Sequence record: PP761450.1
Length of the DNA stretch: 64,000 nt
Source: Escherichia phage LHE287
Strand: one strand, 5' to 3'
Shown here: positions 8,687-18,140 of the stretch, one piece after another
Position numbering within the stretch: the first letter of the stretch is position 1
Layout of the letters: every line of letters starts with the position of its first letter
The notes under the pieces: generated by a model
Database searches by the model: none
What the model saw: only the letters and a program-made list of their open reading frames with translations
Told to the model about the DNA's origin: nothing
Made by a program: the position numbers and the translations under genes

Positions 8687-11600
8687 TCAGATCTTAATCT
8701 GCATGTTGCCACCCAGGGACTGCTCGTACTCGCTGTATGCGCCTTCCCCGTAGTCTCGTGCCCACTGGTCAGACTGCTGGGCGCTATCCAGAGTCATCAG
8801 GTTTGGTTCAGTCGGGTTGTAACCCTTGGACTTCGCATCCCGGTACAGAGTCTGCAGGTACTGGTTGGCGCGGTCAATCTGAGCTTTGAACTCGCGATAT
8901 GCCCCTTCAGTTGTGTTGCGGCGGAAGGTGATATCCCAGTCCACGTTCAGAGTCTGACCATCACGGCTTACATAGATCTGCCAATCCAGGTCGCGACCTT
9001 TTGGTGCGTTGTCGCGGATGGAGTCGGCGTATGCCGCAAGGTCGTCCTTCGGATTGTGCGACGTGCTTTTCAGAAGTAGTGCATGACCCATACCACCGTT
9101 TGGCTGAAGAGACCATTTTCCTGTTTCTCTTCCCAGGCGTTCTATGTTGTTGAGTTGGTTTATCGACAATTCAGAAGAGTCAAATAATACCACATCACGT
9201 TTTTTGGGGGTTCTCACATAATGGGTGAGATCAATGTCGATCATCCGGTTTATAAATTCTACCACTTCAGCTTGTTTCTTTGGCAATGTGGTATTGATAT
9301 CCGGCTTGTTTGCCACTTTCTCTAGGCGTTTGTTTTCTGCGCTTATCATGGACAGCATAATTTGTGTAACTTTGCCGTCAGACAAGTTGTAATCATTCCA
9401 AATCACTTCACCTTTATCCGTGATGGTTATATCGTTCAAGAACACCTGGTTTGGGTTGTATGACTGACTTTTCAACTGTTGGAGGTTTCTGGAAAGATAT
9501 TCCATTCTTGATGATATTTCATCAATCATACTCTGGACCACATCTTTGTTCAAAGTAAGTTCATATGTCTTCGGATTGTTCAGGGTACGCCCTTTCTGAG
9601 AGACAATTGGGGTGAATGCAACTTTACCTTTGTCGTAGTAATAGGTCACGTTGGTTATCATAGAAGTACCGGCGTATTTTCCCGTTTCGGGGAAATTGAC
9701 ATCCCACCGAATGGACATACCGTTGACAGTCTCACCAAACACCATGGCGTTGCGCGGTATCTTCAAATTATCCAAAACGGATTGTTCCCCAGAATCAGTG
9801 TTCGGTGGGGTGATATTTTTCTGTTTCCACCAGGCAGTCGCCGCCTTCGTAAACTCTTTAGCCACACCAGACGGAATCGGTGGGAGTTTCAAGGTTTTGG
9901 CCAGGACACCCAAGTCTGAGCCGGACACTTCTGCAAAGGATCTTAATTTTGAGGAAGCACCGTAATACACACCATATACTGGAGTGCCAGAACTTGGTAT
10001 CACATTGATACCACCACCATACATACCTGATTTCTCACGGAACTCCAATACTGGTTGTCCATCAGGTGCCGTTTTGTTATACCAACCAACGACGACGTTC
10101 TCCAAGTTCTTTTCAACGTAGTCCGTTGCTGTTTGAACAAAATCATCAATAATCTTGGGGAATCGTTTTGGATCGCTGATGTCAACATTTTCTAACACAC
10201 CCACAGATGGCGGGAATGCTACCCATTTTTCTGCTGTTGCGTTCCAGGCATTAACAGACATCTGGACTGATTGATTACGTCGCGCAATTGACAGAGTCAG
10301 TTTGTAACGGTCTTTCACAAAGTTCTTGATGTATTCATCATCACCAAATAATTTGCCGCCAGCTGCCTTACTGTAGCCAATGTAATTCAGTAAATTGAGC
10401 CACTTGGATTTGGTAAGTTCACCGCTGTTGTCATTGCCGGTGTCATTGCTGGTGTCAACGTCCACCACCAGAATTATTTGAGAACCTTTCTTGAAAGTGT
10501 ACTGATCGTACATGCCTTTCTTCTGTTTGGTCATGGACGCACCGACCAAGTCTTGGTTGGTGAAGCCGCGCTTCATATTCCAAGATACCTCAGTCCCGTC
10601 TGGATATTTGTCAAAATTATAACCATAGAATACGGCTACTTCTTTCGAACCGCTTATCAGGCGGACGTAGTTTCCACGAATCGGGTCGCGCCCGCTCTTC
10701 AACTCCAGACCAGTGTCCGAGCTGTTGTACCACTCGCGGTTGACTTCGATTTCAGAAGAACCAGCCCCGGTTCCCACACCCCGAGCACCAATAGTGGTGT
10801 TGGAGTCAGCTGGCGCGGACTTCTGCTGAGAACCTTTCCAAAATTTTGTGGACGCCATGGTGAAATCATTCAGGATACTGATAGGGACTTGCGGTAATTT
10901 CAACTGACGAGCAATGAAATCAGCACTTTGCCCACGCACAGGTTTCTCATTCATGTATGCGCCAACATACACGCCCGGCTCATTGTAGTGGGGAGCGATA
11001 TTTGCCGTGTTCATGCGGCCTCTCTCCTTACCAGCCCATAACAACATGGGCTGATCCCCGTTTGAAGTTAATTTCCATCCGTTGGAATTATCAACAGAAG
11101 ATGAAGAACCAGCCCCGGTTCCCAAGTTTGTTTTTCTGGAATCTTCTACGTTTAGATTGAACAATTGTTTCCCAGATGAGTCGGAAGCAATAAATTCATA
11201 TTTCTTGCCACTGCGGGTACTCGTGCTGTTAACTTTGATGTTTCCAGTGTATCTTCCTGGATTCGTTTTTTGCATGAAATTGGTAATTGCAGCAGAAGGG
11301 GTTTTCATCCCAGAAATGATCCTAGCTGTCTCGGGATCAGTGAAAGACACTACGAGTTTGCGCCCATCCATCACTGTGATATCATTTCCAGACACCGAAA
11401 TATCCAAGTCTTCCATTTCAGAACGGAAATCAACACCAACAACAATGGTTTGACCAGTTCCACCCACAACGCCATCAACGCTGTTCTGAACCGGAACGTC
11501 ACCGACCTTGTCTGGATCATCCCAGGTGATACCCTGCATCTTCGGACCGTCAAATACCTGAGCCGGATCTTTACCCTTGCGCACAAGCCACACATAACCA

Positions 11601-12061
11601 CGGTCAGGGACAGGCGCGTAGGTCAGGTCCATGACATTCAGTTTCTGTTTCAGGCCGGACTGGCGGATGATCTTAGGAATCAGGGTCATACCGCGATCCA
11701 GCGCTTTCTTAGAGAAGTTGACAGCAAAGCCATCGATGGTCTTGCCCAGAGGAGTCGCCATGAATTGTTTGGTCGCTTCGATCATGGAAGCGATAACGCG
11801 CATTGGGTTCTTGAAGCGAGCGATGGCGTCAGGATAGACGGAGCCGCGCTTCTGGCCGATGAAAACCTGACGAACGCTCTTACCCAGCCCCTGAGGAGTA
11901 TAGAACTGAATGCGGTATTCCTTATCATCTTCGTCGACGAAGGTAAAGAACACATCGCCTGCGTTCTTCTTACCCATGGTCAGCTCATACGGAGCGGAGT
12001 TGAACGCTTCGTCTAACTGATCTCTTTCCTGCATGAACTGGAGGAAACTTAGCTTTGACAT
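8687..12061 (-). CDS. large repeat-containing protein, possibly a fibre/adhesin-type virion protein
   Basis: 1124 aa, G/S/T/N-rich; internal duplication (...LKLPQVPISILNDFTMASTKFWKG... vs ...LKLPPIPSGVAKEFTKAATAWWKQ...; two GTGAGSS segments); CAGGAG SD; function is inference. Confidence 0.6.
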   Translation of the reverse strand: MSKLSFLQFMQERDQLDEAFNSAPYELTMGKKNAGDVFFTFVDEDDKEYRIQFYTPQGLGKSVRQVFIGQKRGSVYPDAIARFKNPMRVIASMIEATKQFMATPLGKTIDGFAVNFSKKALDRGMTLIPKIIRQSGLKQKLNVMDLTYAPVPDRGYVWLVRKGKDPAQVFDGPKMQGITWDDPDKVGDVPVQNSVDGVVGGTGQTIVVGVDFRSEMEDLDISVSGNDITVMDGRKLVVSFTDPETARIISGMKTPSAAITNFMQKTNPGRYTGNIKVNSTSTRSGKKYEFIASDSSGKQLFNLNVEDSRKTNLGTGAGSSSSVDNSNGWKLTSNGDQPMLLWAGKERGRMNTANIAPHYNEPGVYVGAYMNEKPVRGQSADFIARQLKLPQVPISILNDFTMASTKFWKGSQQKSAPADSNTTIGARGVGTGAGSSEIEVNREWYNSSDTGLELKSGRDPIRGNYVRLISGSKEVAVFYGYNFDKYPDGTEVSWNMKRGFTNQDLVGASMTKQKKGMYDQYTFKKGSQIILVVDVDTSNDTGNDNSGELTKSKWLNLLNYIGYSKAAGGKLFGDDEYIKNFVKDRYKLTLSIARRNQSVQMSVNAWNATAEKWVAFPPSVGVLENVDISDPKRFPKIIDDFVQTATDYVEKNLENVVVGWYNKTAPDGQPVLEFREKSGMYGGGINVIPSSGTPVYGVYYGASSKLRSFAEVSGSDLGVLAKTLKLPPIPSGVAKEFTKAATAWWKQKNITPPNTDSGEQSVLDNLKIPRNAMVFGETVNGMSIRWDVNFPETGKYAGTSMITNVTYYYDKGKVAFTPIVSQKGRTLNNPKTYELTLNKDVVQSMIDEISSRMEYLSRNLQQLKSQSYNPNQVFLNDITITDKGEVIWNDYNLSDGKVTQIMLSMISAENKRLEKVANKPDINTTLPKKQAEVVEFINRMIDIDLTHYVRTPKKRDVVLFDSSELSINQLNNIERLGRETGKWSLQPNGGMGHALLLKSTSHNPKDDLAAYADSIRDNAPKGRDLDWQIYVSRDGQTLNVDWDITFRRNTTEGAYREFKAQIDRANQYLQTLYRDAKSKGYNPTEPNLMTLDSAQQSDQWARDYGEGAYSEYEQSLGGNMQIKI

Positions 12062-12136
12062 TTTATATCTCCTGATTGAATTAATGGCGGTTTCTTCTAA
12101 TTAGCGAAACCAAAAGGGAGCGTCAGCCCCCTTATC

Positions 12137-12472
12137 TTATTTTTGAACTTGGGCTACAGACATCGCCCAGAGCGGGAGGGTGTGGGGGTCCAGGGCTTCC
12201 AGTAGATATTCGACGCGCTCTGACATGATACCTTCAGGGAAGTTTACTTCTTCTGGTTCGTTGTTGGCCGTCCAGCCCAGAGATAACCCTTCAGCGTGAT
12301 GAATGATATAAACGAAGTCGCCTGGTTCGTAGTCCTTTTCCATCAGGGCGAAGAAATCTTCCATTTCTTCGTCGGAGAAGTAGTAGATGCGAGGTACGGA
12401 GCCGTCAGCAAAGTGCTCAGCACCCTGGAAGGCAAACATGTCATCGGCGGTGAAGTTCTTGAGTTGTGTCAT
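12137..12472 (-). CDS. hypothetical protein (112 aa), moron-like
   Basis: ATG 12472 inside conserved leader ...AGGAACTATATCATG shared with loci at 57.2 and 47.9 kb; own promoter and terminator. Confidence 0.55.
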   Translation of the reverse strand: MTQLKNFTADDMFAFQGAEHFADGSVPRIYYFSDEEMEDFFALMEKDYEPGDFVYIIHHAEGLSLGWTANNEPEEVNFPEGIMSERVEYLLEALDPHTLPLWAMSVAQVQK

Positions 12473-12514
12473 GATATAGTTCCTGCTTTTCAAGTTGGTG
12501 TTGTACTGCTTATG
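12473..12514 (-). repeat. conserved 5' leader, cassette copy A
   Basis: minus strand ATAAGCAGTACAACACCAACTTGAAAAGCAGGAACTATATC-ATG; near-identical at 57179-57220, related at 47921-47963. Confidence 0.8.
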
Positions 12515-12520
12515 GAATGA

Positions 12521-12550
12521 AGTATAGGGAAGGATATTGAAGAAGTAAAG
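12521..12550 (-). promoter_or_regulatory. early-type promoter, cassette copy A (-35 CTTTAC, -10 TATACT)
   Basis: minus strand CTTTACttcttcaatatccttcccTATACT followed by conserved 45-nt leader to ATG 12472. Confidence 0.55.
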
Positions 12551-12564
12551 GGGCAAAAGCCCCT
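12539..12564 (-). terminator. terminator hairpin upstream of cassette A promoter
   Basis: AGGGGC-AAAA-GCCCCT flanked by T/A runs. Confidence 0.5.
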
Positions 12565-12578
12565 TTTATTGAATTATT

Positions 12579-13217
12579 TTACGGCGTCAGATTCACAACC
12601 GGAATGTGGGATCGAATACCTGCGATGATGTCCTTCAGCCGAGGATTCCATCCATCCACCAAACGGGGGAGAGCGATAGCGCCAGGCTGGACCAAAATGA
12701 TGTCGCTGCCTGTGATATTGTGCTGAGGGAACTGGGCAAGGTACTGCTCCATGGTGACACCCTCATCAATCAGAACTGCACCGACGTCAGACGATGCGTA
12801 GGTTGCACCCAGGCCGTCAACACCCCATGCCAAGATACCCCAGTCAGGGATGTTAGCTTCAGATGTGATGGTGAATCCAAACACGGTGTTCAGCGAAGTA
12901 AAGGAGTAGACATCGTGGGTGATGTCATACACCAGATACCCCTTGGCCAGCATATCGGCAAAGATCGCGTCCGTATCGCCAGCAGCCGGAGTCGGTACAG
13001 TAAACAACAGCTCGCCATCAGGAGGAGCAGGATACGTGCCGAGGGCATAGAGGCACCATGCGTCAATACACTTCTTGATAAATGCCTCTGGCGCGACATA
13101 ATCAGCAAGGCGAACCGTACCTGAGTACTCTGATACGATAATGCCTTCCTTCGCACCCTGTAGAGCAATGAAGACCAAGATATGTTCATATCCGGCCTGA
13201 GATGGAGTGATGTTCAT
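12579..13217 (-). CDS. hypothetical protein (212 aa)
   Basis: ATG 13217 overlaps upstream stop (TAATG); AAGAGGA SD. Confidence 0.55.
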   Translation of the reverse strand: MNITPSQAGYEHILVFIALQGAKEGIIVSEYSGTVRLADYVAPEAFIKKCIDAWCLYALGTYPAPPDGELLFTVPTPAAGDTDAIFADMLAKGYLVYDITHDVYSFTSLNTVFGFTITSEANIPDWGILAWGVDGLGATYASSDVGAVLIDEGVTMEQYLAQFPQHNITGSDIILVQPGAIALPRLVDGWNPRLKDIIAGIRSHIPVVNLTP

Positions 13218-13831
13218 TATCTTGTCCTCTTCAGTTTCTCTATTGTGTGCTTGTTCATGGCGATCACCTGAGGATCTACCTCGGAGATGGTCCGGCCTTC
13301 GAAAGACACACATTTCTGAAGATATTTAGCTTTCTTCACGACGTCGGCAGCATAAGCGTTCGATGCGGGATTACGGGCGAAGCCAGCATTGTAAGAGGAG
13401 AGGGATTTGCGGATATTCTGATTGTGATAGGTCAGCCAGAACTGCATCTCATCGAGGGCGGCTTGCGCGGCATATTCTTGGTCGGTCAGCAACTTTATGG
13501 CGACATTGGCATAACACTTGCGATTCTTACAACCTTCGCGATCACCAACTGTCTTCACCTTGTTCTGAAAGGCTCCCATGTTGGCCGCCTTGAGGCCGTA
13601 TCGCATTGACACTACATCTTCGCCAGCGCGGCTCTCTCGCCAAGATATGGCGGCCAGCGTGTAGCCAAGATCTTGTGTCTTGCCTACGTGATAGGCGGTT
13701 GCCATCGTATTAAGTTGTTGCTCGGAGAAATTATAAACACATTGACTTGTATTTTGGGAAGCGTGCACATTCCCGCTGGCAATGGTAAAGGTCACGGACA
13801 AGGCCATGGCCTTCAACGTTGTCATCGTCAT
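13217..13831 (-). CDS. secreted protein, possibly lytic-transglycosylase-like
   Basis: N-terminal signal-peptide-like segment MTMTTLKAMALSVTFTIASGNVHAS; ISWRESRAG...MGAFQ loosely resembles SLT ES...GxMQ pattern; AAGGAA SD. Confidence 0.45.
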   Translation of the reverse strand: MTMTTLKAMALSVTFTIASGNVHASQNTSQCVYNFSEQQLNTMATAYHVGKTQDLGYTLAAISWRESRAGEDVVSMRYGLKAANMGAFQNKVKTVGDREGCKNRKCYANVAIKLLTDQEYAAQAALDEMQFWLTYHNQNIRKSLSSYNAGFARNPASNAYAADVVKKAKYLQKCVSFEGRTISEVDPQVIAMNKHTIEKLKRTR

Positions 13832-13886
13832 GATGGCGTTCCTTATGTTTTGTCGACTTGCAGCTCGCTTGAGCCTCCTGACAGGG

Positions 13887-13923
13887 GTTAAAAGATAAAG
13901 GGCACGTGGTATTTAGTGCCCTT
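13887..13923 (-). terminator. rho-independent terminator after 13929..14213
   Basis: 8-bp stem AAGGGCAC/GTGCCCTT then TATCTTTTAAC on minus strand. Confidence 0.65.
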
Positions 13924-13928
13924 CAGCC

Positions 13929-14213
13929 TCATTCGTAGATGAGGTGGTAGGATTCCTCGATACACTCCAGCCAGCCATAGACGAACTGTAGAGGGTCATC
14001 CCATGCCGTCTTGGTCGCGACGGTAAAGTTGCCGTCCAGGATCTGCATATCTTGGTACTTGTTGAAAGCGAGTACAGCATCAACCACAATCAGGCCGCCC
14101 TGCTCAAGATAACGATTCGGAGTGACGGTCACTTGGTAATGAGGATTCCTGCGATTCCATATCTCCACAGCAATGTCACAGGATTCCTGAATTTCATCTT
14201 TGTTTTCTGACAT
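13929..14213 (-). CDS. hypothetical protein (94 aa)
   Basis: ORF followed by strong terminator hairpin. Confidence 0.45.
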   Translation of the reverse strand: MSENKDEIQESCDIAVEIWNRRNPHYQVTVTPNRYLEQGGLIVVDAVLAFNKYQDMQILDGNFTVATKTAWDDPLQFVYGWLECIEESYHLIYE

Positions 14214-14523
14214 ACGTTTGTCTCAGATGTTCAGTAAAGGATTTACCCAGCTTGCGGAATAGTTTAATACGCCCGACGACTTTGACGTAAACATCTCCGT
14301 GGCAGGGGCGCGGCTTACACCAGCACCCCAATACCTTCCCGTCAAGATCAAGGAGTTCATCCTCAGTGATATCCCCTTCAATCAGGCGCACATACAGGTC
14401 GTCCTCAAACAGTTCGATACAGACGCCTCGTCCATGGTCTTTGACCTCAAACGGGTTCCCCCATTTACCAGGCCGACCAATGTAGACGTCATATGGCTCC
14501 TTCTTGAAGTGGACGACTTTCAT
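14194..14523 (-). CDS. small conserved protein with YIGRP..WGNPF and CWCKPRPCHGDV motifs (DUF4326-like)
   Basis: 109 aa; motif pattern recalled from a widespread uncharacterised family; start ATG overlaps stop of upstream small ORF. Confidence 0.5.
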   Translation of the reverse strand: MKVVHFKKEPYDVYIGRPGKWGNPFEVKDHGRGVCIELFEDDLYVRLIEGDITEDELLDLDGKVLGCWCKPRPCHGDVYVKVVGRIKLFRKLGKSFTEHLRQTYVRKQR

Positions 14524-14684
14524 TTCAGGATTTGACCTGCAAGTAGATAACAGAACCAGACAGAGAACCCGAGATACCCCAGTGATTTCAGGTAGTTTTT
14601 CCTTTCGACTTCACGAGAAAATGCAACGATGTCAATGATGCATGCAAAGATCAGTATTGCGAGTTTAATTTGTTCGTAGTTCAT
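14520..14684 (-). CDS. small hydrophobic membrane protein (54 aa), not in ORF track
   Basis: own translation MNYEQIKLAILIFACIIDIVAFSREVERKNYLKSLGYLGFSVWFCYLLAGQILK; AAGGA SD 7 nt upstream; start 2 nt after gp46 stop, stop overlaps next start. Confidence 0.4.
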   Translation of the reverse strand: MNYEQIKLAILIFACIIDIVAFSREVERKNYLKSLGYLGFSVWFCYLLAGQILK

Positions 14685-14686
14685 GA

Positions 14687-17032
14687 TCAATCCTTCTTGA
14701 TAACTTCAGTCAGGCCGTTTCGCAGGCCGTAGCGAATATTGTGTTGGAAGTATTCCTGGAACTCCTGCTCACGCTGGCTGATGACAAACAGGTTGTTCCC
14801 ACCGAACTTATGCTTCAACATCTCAACCGATTCCTGCACCCCGCGCTCGCTCATGTTCTCAAGGATCTCGTCCAGAACGAACAGGTTACATTGTACAGAC
14901 GCCTTGAGGTTAGCCACATCGCGCAGAGCTAATGTCACCGCCAGATTCAGGCGGCTCCGCTGGCCAGTAGACAGGGAGAAGATACTCTGTCCTTTGCGGC
15001 CTGCTGCGCTCATGGTGATCTCAAAGGTATCGTCAACAACGATGTCCAAGAACATGTTGAGGGCTTCAAGATACTCGTTGATCTTGCTATTGAGGAATGG
15101 CAGATACAGGGCGATGATACGCGCCTTGGTCTGGTCATCTTTCAAGAAGAACAGCAGGTGCTGTAAGTCCTGGAGTTCCTCATCTGCATCTTCACGGAGT
15201 TCATACAGAGACTCCAGTTCACCTTCCAACGCAGCGATAGAGTTCTCTAGGTCGGTGGTAGGTGTTGGCTGTACAGCCAGTTTACGCTCCAGATCGGCAA
15301 TAGACGCCACGAGAGGAGCACGACGGGCTTTCAGCTCGGCGATCTTATCATCGACGGCTTTAATCCCGCTGACGGCGTTCTCTCGCGTCTGTTGCAGCGA
15401 CGCAGTGATGTCTTCAAAACGAACGTTCAGTGCCTTACGGATGTCAAGGATCTTCTGTTGGCATTCACGGTTCAGCGAATTACACTCAATCGTGGCGGCA
15501 TCATGAAAACCTTGAATATCACGGCGCAGCTGCTTGATGTTGTCAACGATTTCGTCGGCCTGCTTGCGCATTGCATCCAGTTCAGCATCTAACACAGCAA
15601 TGTCAGCAACCAACTTATCGTCCTGAGCCTTGTGATCATCGATCAGCACAGTGACTTCAGCGGTGACTTTGTCCAGTTGATCTAACTTCGACTGTAGTTC
15701 CTGGATCTGAGGATTGTACTCGCTTTCAATACGCGCCTTGGTATCGTCGGACACCAGTTGGGTACATGTTGGGCAAGTCCCCATATCGTGGAAGCGCTTG
15801 ATGGCCGACTGGTGGCCATCCATTTCGGTCTGGAACTTGATGCGGAAGTTCTCACCCTGTTGGCGACGCTGGATAGCAGCGTTCAGGGCGTCCAGATTTG
15901 TGTTGCGCTCGGTGAGCAGGGTGTTCTTGCGTTCGGCCACTGTAAAGGCGCGGTCACGCAAGACCTGAAGATCATGCTCCGCAGTAGACACTTCGATGCG
16001 CTCATAATCGTCAGCCTTGTCCTGCGCGGCGTCCTTCACCGCCTGGATCTTGGTATCAAAGTCTTTCTTGACAGCCTCGATCTCTACCATGGATTCATCA
16101 TGCAGGCGGCTTTCCACCGTCTTCATTTCCTGGGTGGCTTCAAACTCCACAGCCGTGAGGCGGGTGCGCTCTTCATTCTGGGCGGCGATGTCAGCGTCTA
16201 GGGAAGTCAGGGCTTCCTGTTGCTGTAGAAGGATATCGGCCGATTGCTGTCGGATCAGGGCGTTGGATTGCTCGATCTGCTGAAGCTGCGTCTTCTTGTT
16301 GGTGTGGTCAACAACCTTCAGTGCGCATTCGTTAGATATAGAGTCCAGAGTTGCATTTGTCCTTTTGATGGCGACCTTGACATCTTCGTTCATCAGGCTG
16401 AAGAAGCCCAAGTCCCAGATAGTCTCCACCATCGCGCGGCGGTCGGCTGTGTACATCTCCGTGAACGGAATGAACTTCTCTTTACCTAACACCAGAGAGT
16501 TCTCAAACATCTTCTGGTCCACGCCGATGAGGTTCACGATGTACTTGTTCATGTCGGCTTTGGCTGCTTCGTTATCGATCTGCAACCACTTGCCGTCCAC
16601 CATCTGGTAGACTTCAACAAAGTCGGGCTTGATACCCCGGCGAACCTTCCATTCGCTACCACGGCAGGCAAACTCCACCTCACCCACACATTCCTTGCGG
16701 CTCTGTGAGTTAACCAGGCCTGCCTTCTTCTCCTTCTTGCTGTATGTGTCGTTGTACAGTACGAAAAACAGCAGCCATACCAGCATCGTGGATTTACCCG
16801 CGCCGTTGTCATCAGACGTGACAAGGGTGGCCGGGTTGCGCTGATAATCAATCTCCATGAACTGATTGCCGATGGAGCGGAAGTTCTTGGCGCGGCCTTT
16901 GCGGAAGGTTAGTTTGTGTGTAACAACGTTACGCACTTCAAATGGGACTTCAACCTCGACCGGGGCGTCGGCTTCCTTCAAAAGATTACCAAATTTGGTC
17001 AAGATATCTGTGCTCTGAGTCATGTTATGCAT
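14687..17032 (-). CDS. gp46: recombination/repair ATPase, SbcC/Rad50-like (T4 gp46-like)
   Basis: 781 aa; Walker A DDNGAGKST, zinc-hook CPTC, ABC signature LSTGQRS, Walker B LFVLDE; long coiled-coil middle. Confidence 0.9.
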   Translation of the reverse strand: MHNMTQSTDILTKFGNLLKEADAPVEVEVPFEVRNVVTHKLTFRKGRAKNFRSIGNQFMEIDYQRNPATLVTSDDNGAGKSTMLVWLLFFVLYNDTYSKKEKKAGLVNSQSRKECVGEVEFACRGSEWKVRRGIKPDFVEVYQMVDGKWLQIDNEAAKADMNKYIVNLIGVDQKMFENSLVLGKEKFIPFTEMYTADRRAMVETIWDLGFFSLMNEDVKVAIKRTNATLDSISNECALKVVDHTNKKTQLQQIEQSNALIRQQSADILLQQQEALTSLDADIAAQNEERTRLTAVEFEATQEMKTVESRLHDESMVEIEAVKKDFDTKIQAVKDAAQDKADDYERIEVSTAEHDLQVLRDRAFTVAERKNTLLTERNTNLDALNAAIQRRQQGENFRIKFQTEMDGHQSAIKRFHDMGTCPTCTQLVSDDTKARIESEYNPQIQELQSKLDQLDKVTAEVTVLIDDHKAQDDKLVADIAVLDAELDAMRKQADEIVDNIKQLRRDIQGFHDAATIECNSLNRECQQKILDIRKALNVRFEDITASLQQTRENAVSGIKAVDDKIAELKARRAPLVASIADLERKLAVQPTPTTDLENSIAALEGELESLYELREDADEELQDLQHLLFFLKDDQTKARIIALYLPFLNSKINEYLEALNMFLDIVVDDTFEITMSAAGRKGQSIFSLSTGQRSRLNLAVTLALRDVANLKASVQCNLFVLDEILENMSERGVQESVEMLKHKFGGNNLFVISQREQEFQEYFQHNIRYGLRNGLTEVIKKD

Positions 17033-18140
17033 CCAGTTTGTTCAGGCGTTGTTGGGCAGCATTATAGAAGTGCTCTGCCAGTTTACAGACATTGTCGGGG
17101 CGCTGAATGTTGTTCCCGGCGCGGATATCCTTCTTCAGGACTTCCACCGCATCGGTCGCCACCATCTCTTCTGTGACCTCAACCTTCTCGGCAGCAACAG
17201 TAATCGTCCGGTCGATGAAGTTGTAGTCAATACACTTGCATCGCTTCATGGCATCACAGAACTTTTCATAATGCTTAGCATTGTCACGGTTCTGTACAAT
17301 AACCTTAACGATTTGCCCTTCAATACCCAAGCCTGTGTTCAACCATTCCGGGTCGATCCAATTACCTTCTTCATCAGAGGACAACTTGGTGTAATCATAT
17401 TCCACATAGCGGAACAGCGTCTGGTGCTCGGCGTTCGGGATAAAGATCTCACCACCACGCATGTCGTCCACATAGAAGCCACGGTTAGTGCCGTCTTTGT
17501 AGTCTTCCCAGTTCAGGTGATATGGAGTCCCAATATATTGAATGTTACCTTCCATCGAACGGGTATGGAAATGACCCGTGTCGACTCTGGTAAACTTGGA
17601 AAGCAGAGCAACGTCGATCTGACCGTGATCACAAGTAGAAGACTGGTACATTTTGAACCCCGCCAGCTCCAGATGCGCAAAACAGTACTCGGCGTCTGTA
17701 TCTTGTATCGCTTTAATAGACGCATCATAGTTCTCCTTGTTGATCCAAGGCAGCAGTAGAGTCTTGACACCCTCGATCATCACTTCGGTCGGTTCGCTGT
17801 AATAGCAGTACACATCCGGGTCGAGTTCGTTCAGGTAGGATGGCCAGTTGATGCGGTTGGACTCTTCCAGGGTGATGTCATGGTTGCCCACGATACCATT
17901 CCACTTGATACCAGCCGCTTTCAACGCAGGGGTGAGTTCATCCTTCAGCCAGTCTTTGTCACGACCGTACATGAATTTGCGGACATCAAACGTATCACCG
18001 AACTGCCAGACCTCTTTGATATCAGAGTCGGCAAGTTCAGGAATGAAATAATTGATGAGATAGTTCTTGATGAAGTCGCGAACGTATCGAGAACCATTAC
18101 GGCTCCCGATATGCAGATCACCAATTTTAGCAATCGCCAT
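17025..18140 (-). CDS. gp47: recombination nuclease, SbcD/Mre11-like (T4 gp47-like)
   Basis: 371 aa; phosphoesterase motifs IGDLHIG and GNHD; overlaps gp46 start. Confidence 0.9.
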   Translation of the reverse strand: MAIAKIGDLHIGSRNGSRYVRDFIKNYLINYFIPELADSDIKEVWQFGDTFDVRKFMYGRDKDWLKDELTPALKAAGIKWNGIVGNHDITLEESNRINWPSYLNELDPDVYCYYSEPTEVMIEGVKTLLLPWINKENYDASIKAIQDTDAEYCFAHLELAGFKMYQSSTCDHGQIDVALLSKFTRVDTGHFHTRSMEGNIQYIGTPYHLNWEDYKDGTNRGFYVDDMRGGEIFIPNAEHQTLFRYVEYDYTKLSSDEEGNWIDPEWLNTGLGIEGQIVKVIVQNRDNAKHYEKFCDAMKRCKCIDYNFIDRTITVAAEKVEVTEEMVATDAVEVLKKDIRAGNNIQRPDNVCKLAEHFYNAAQQRLNKLDA

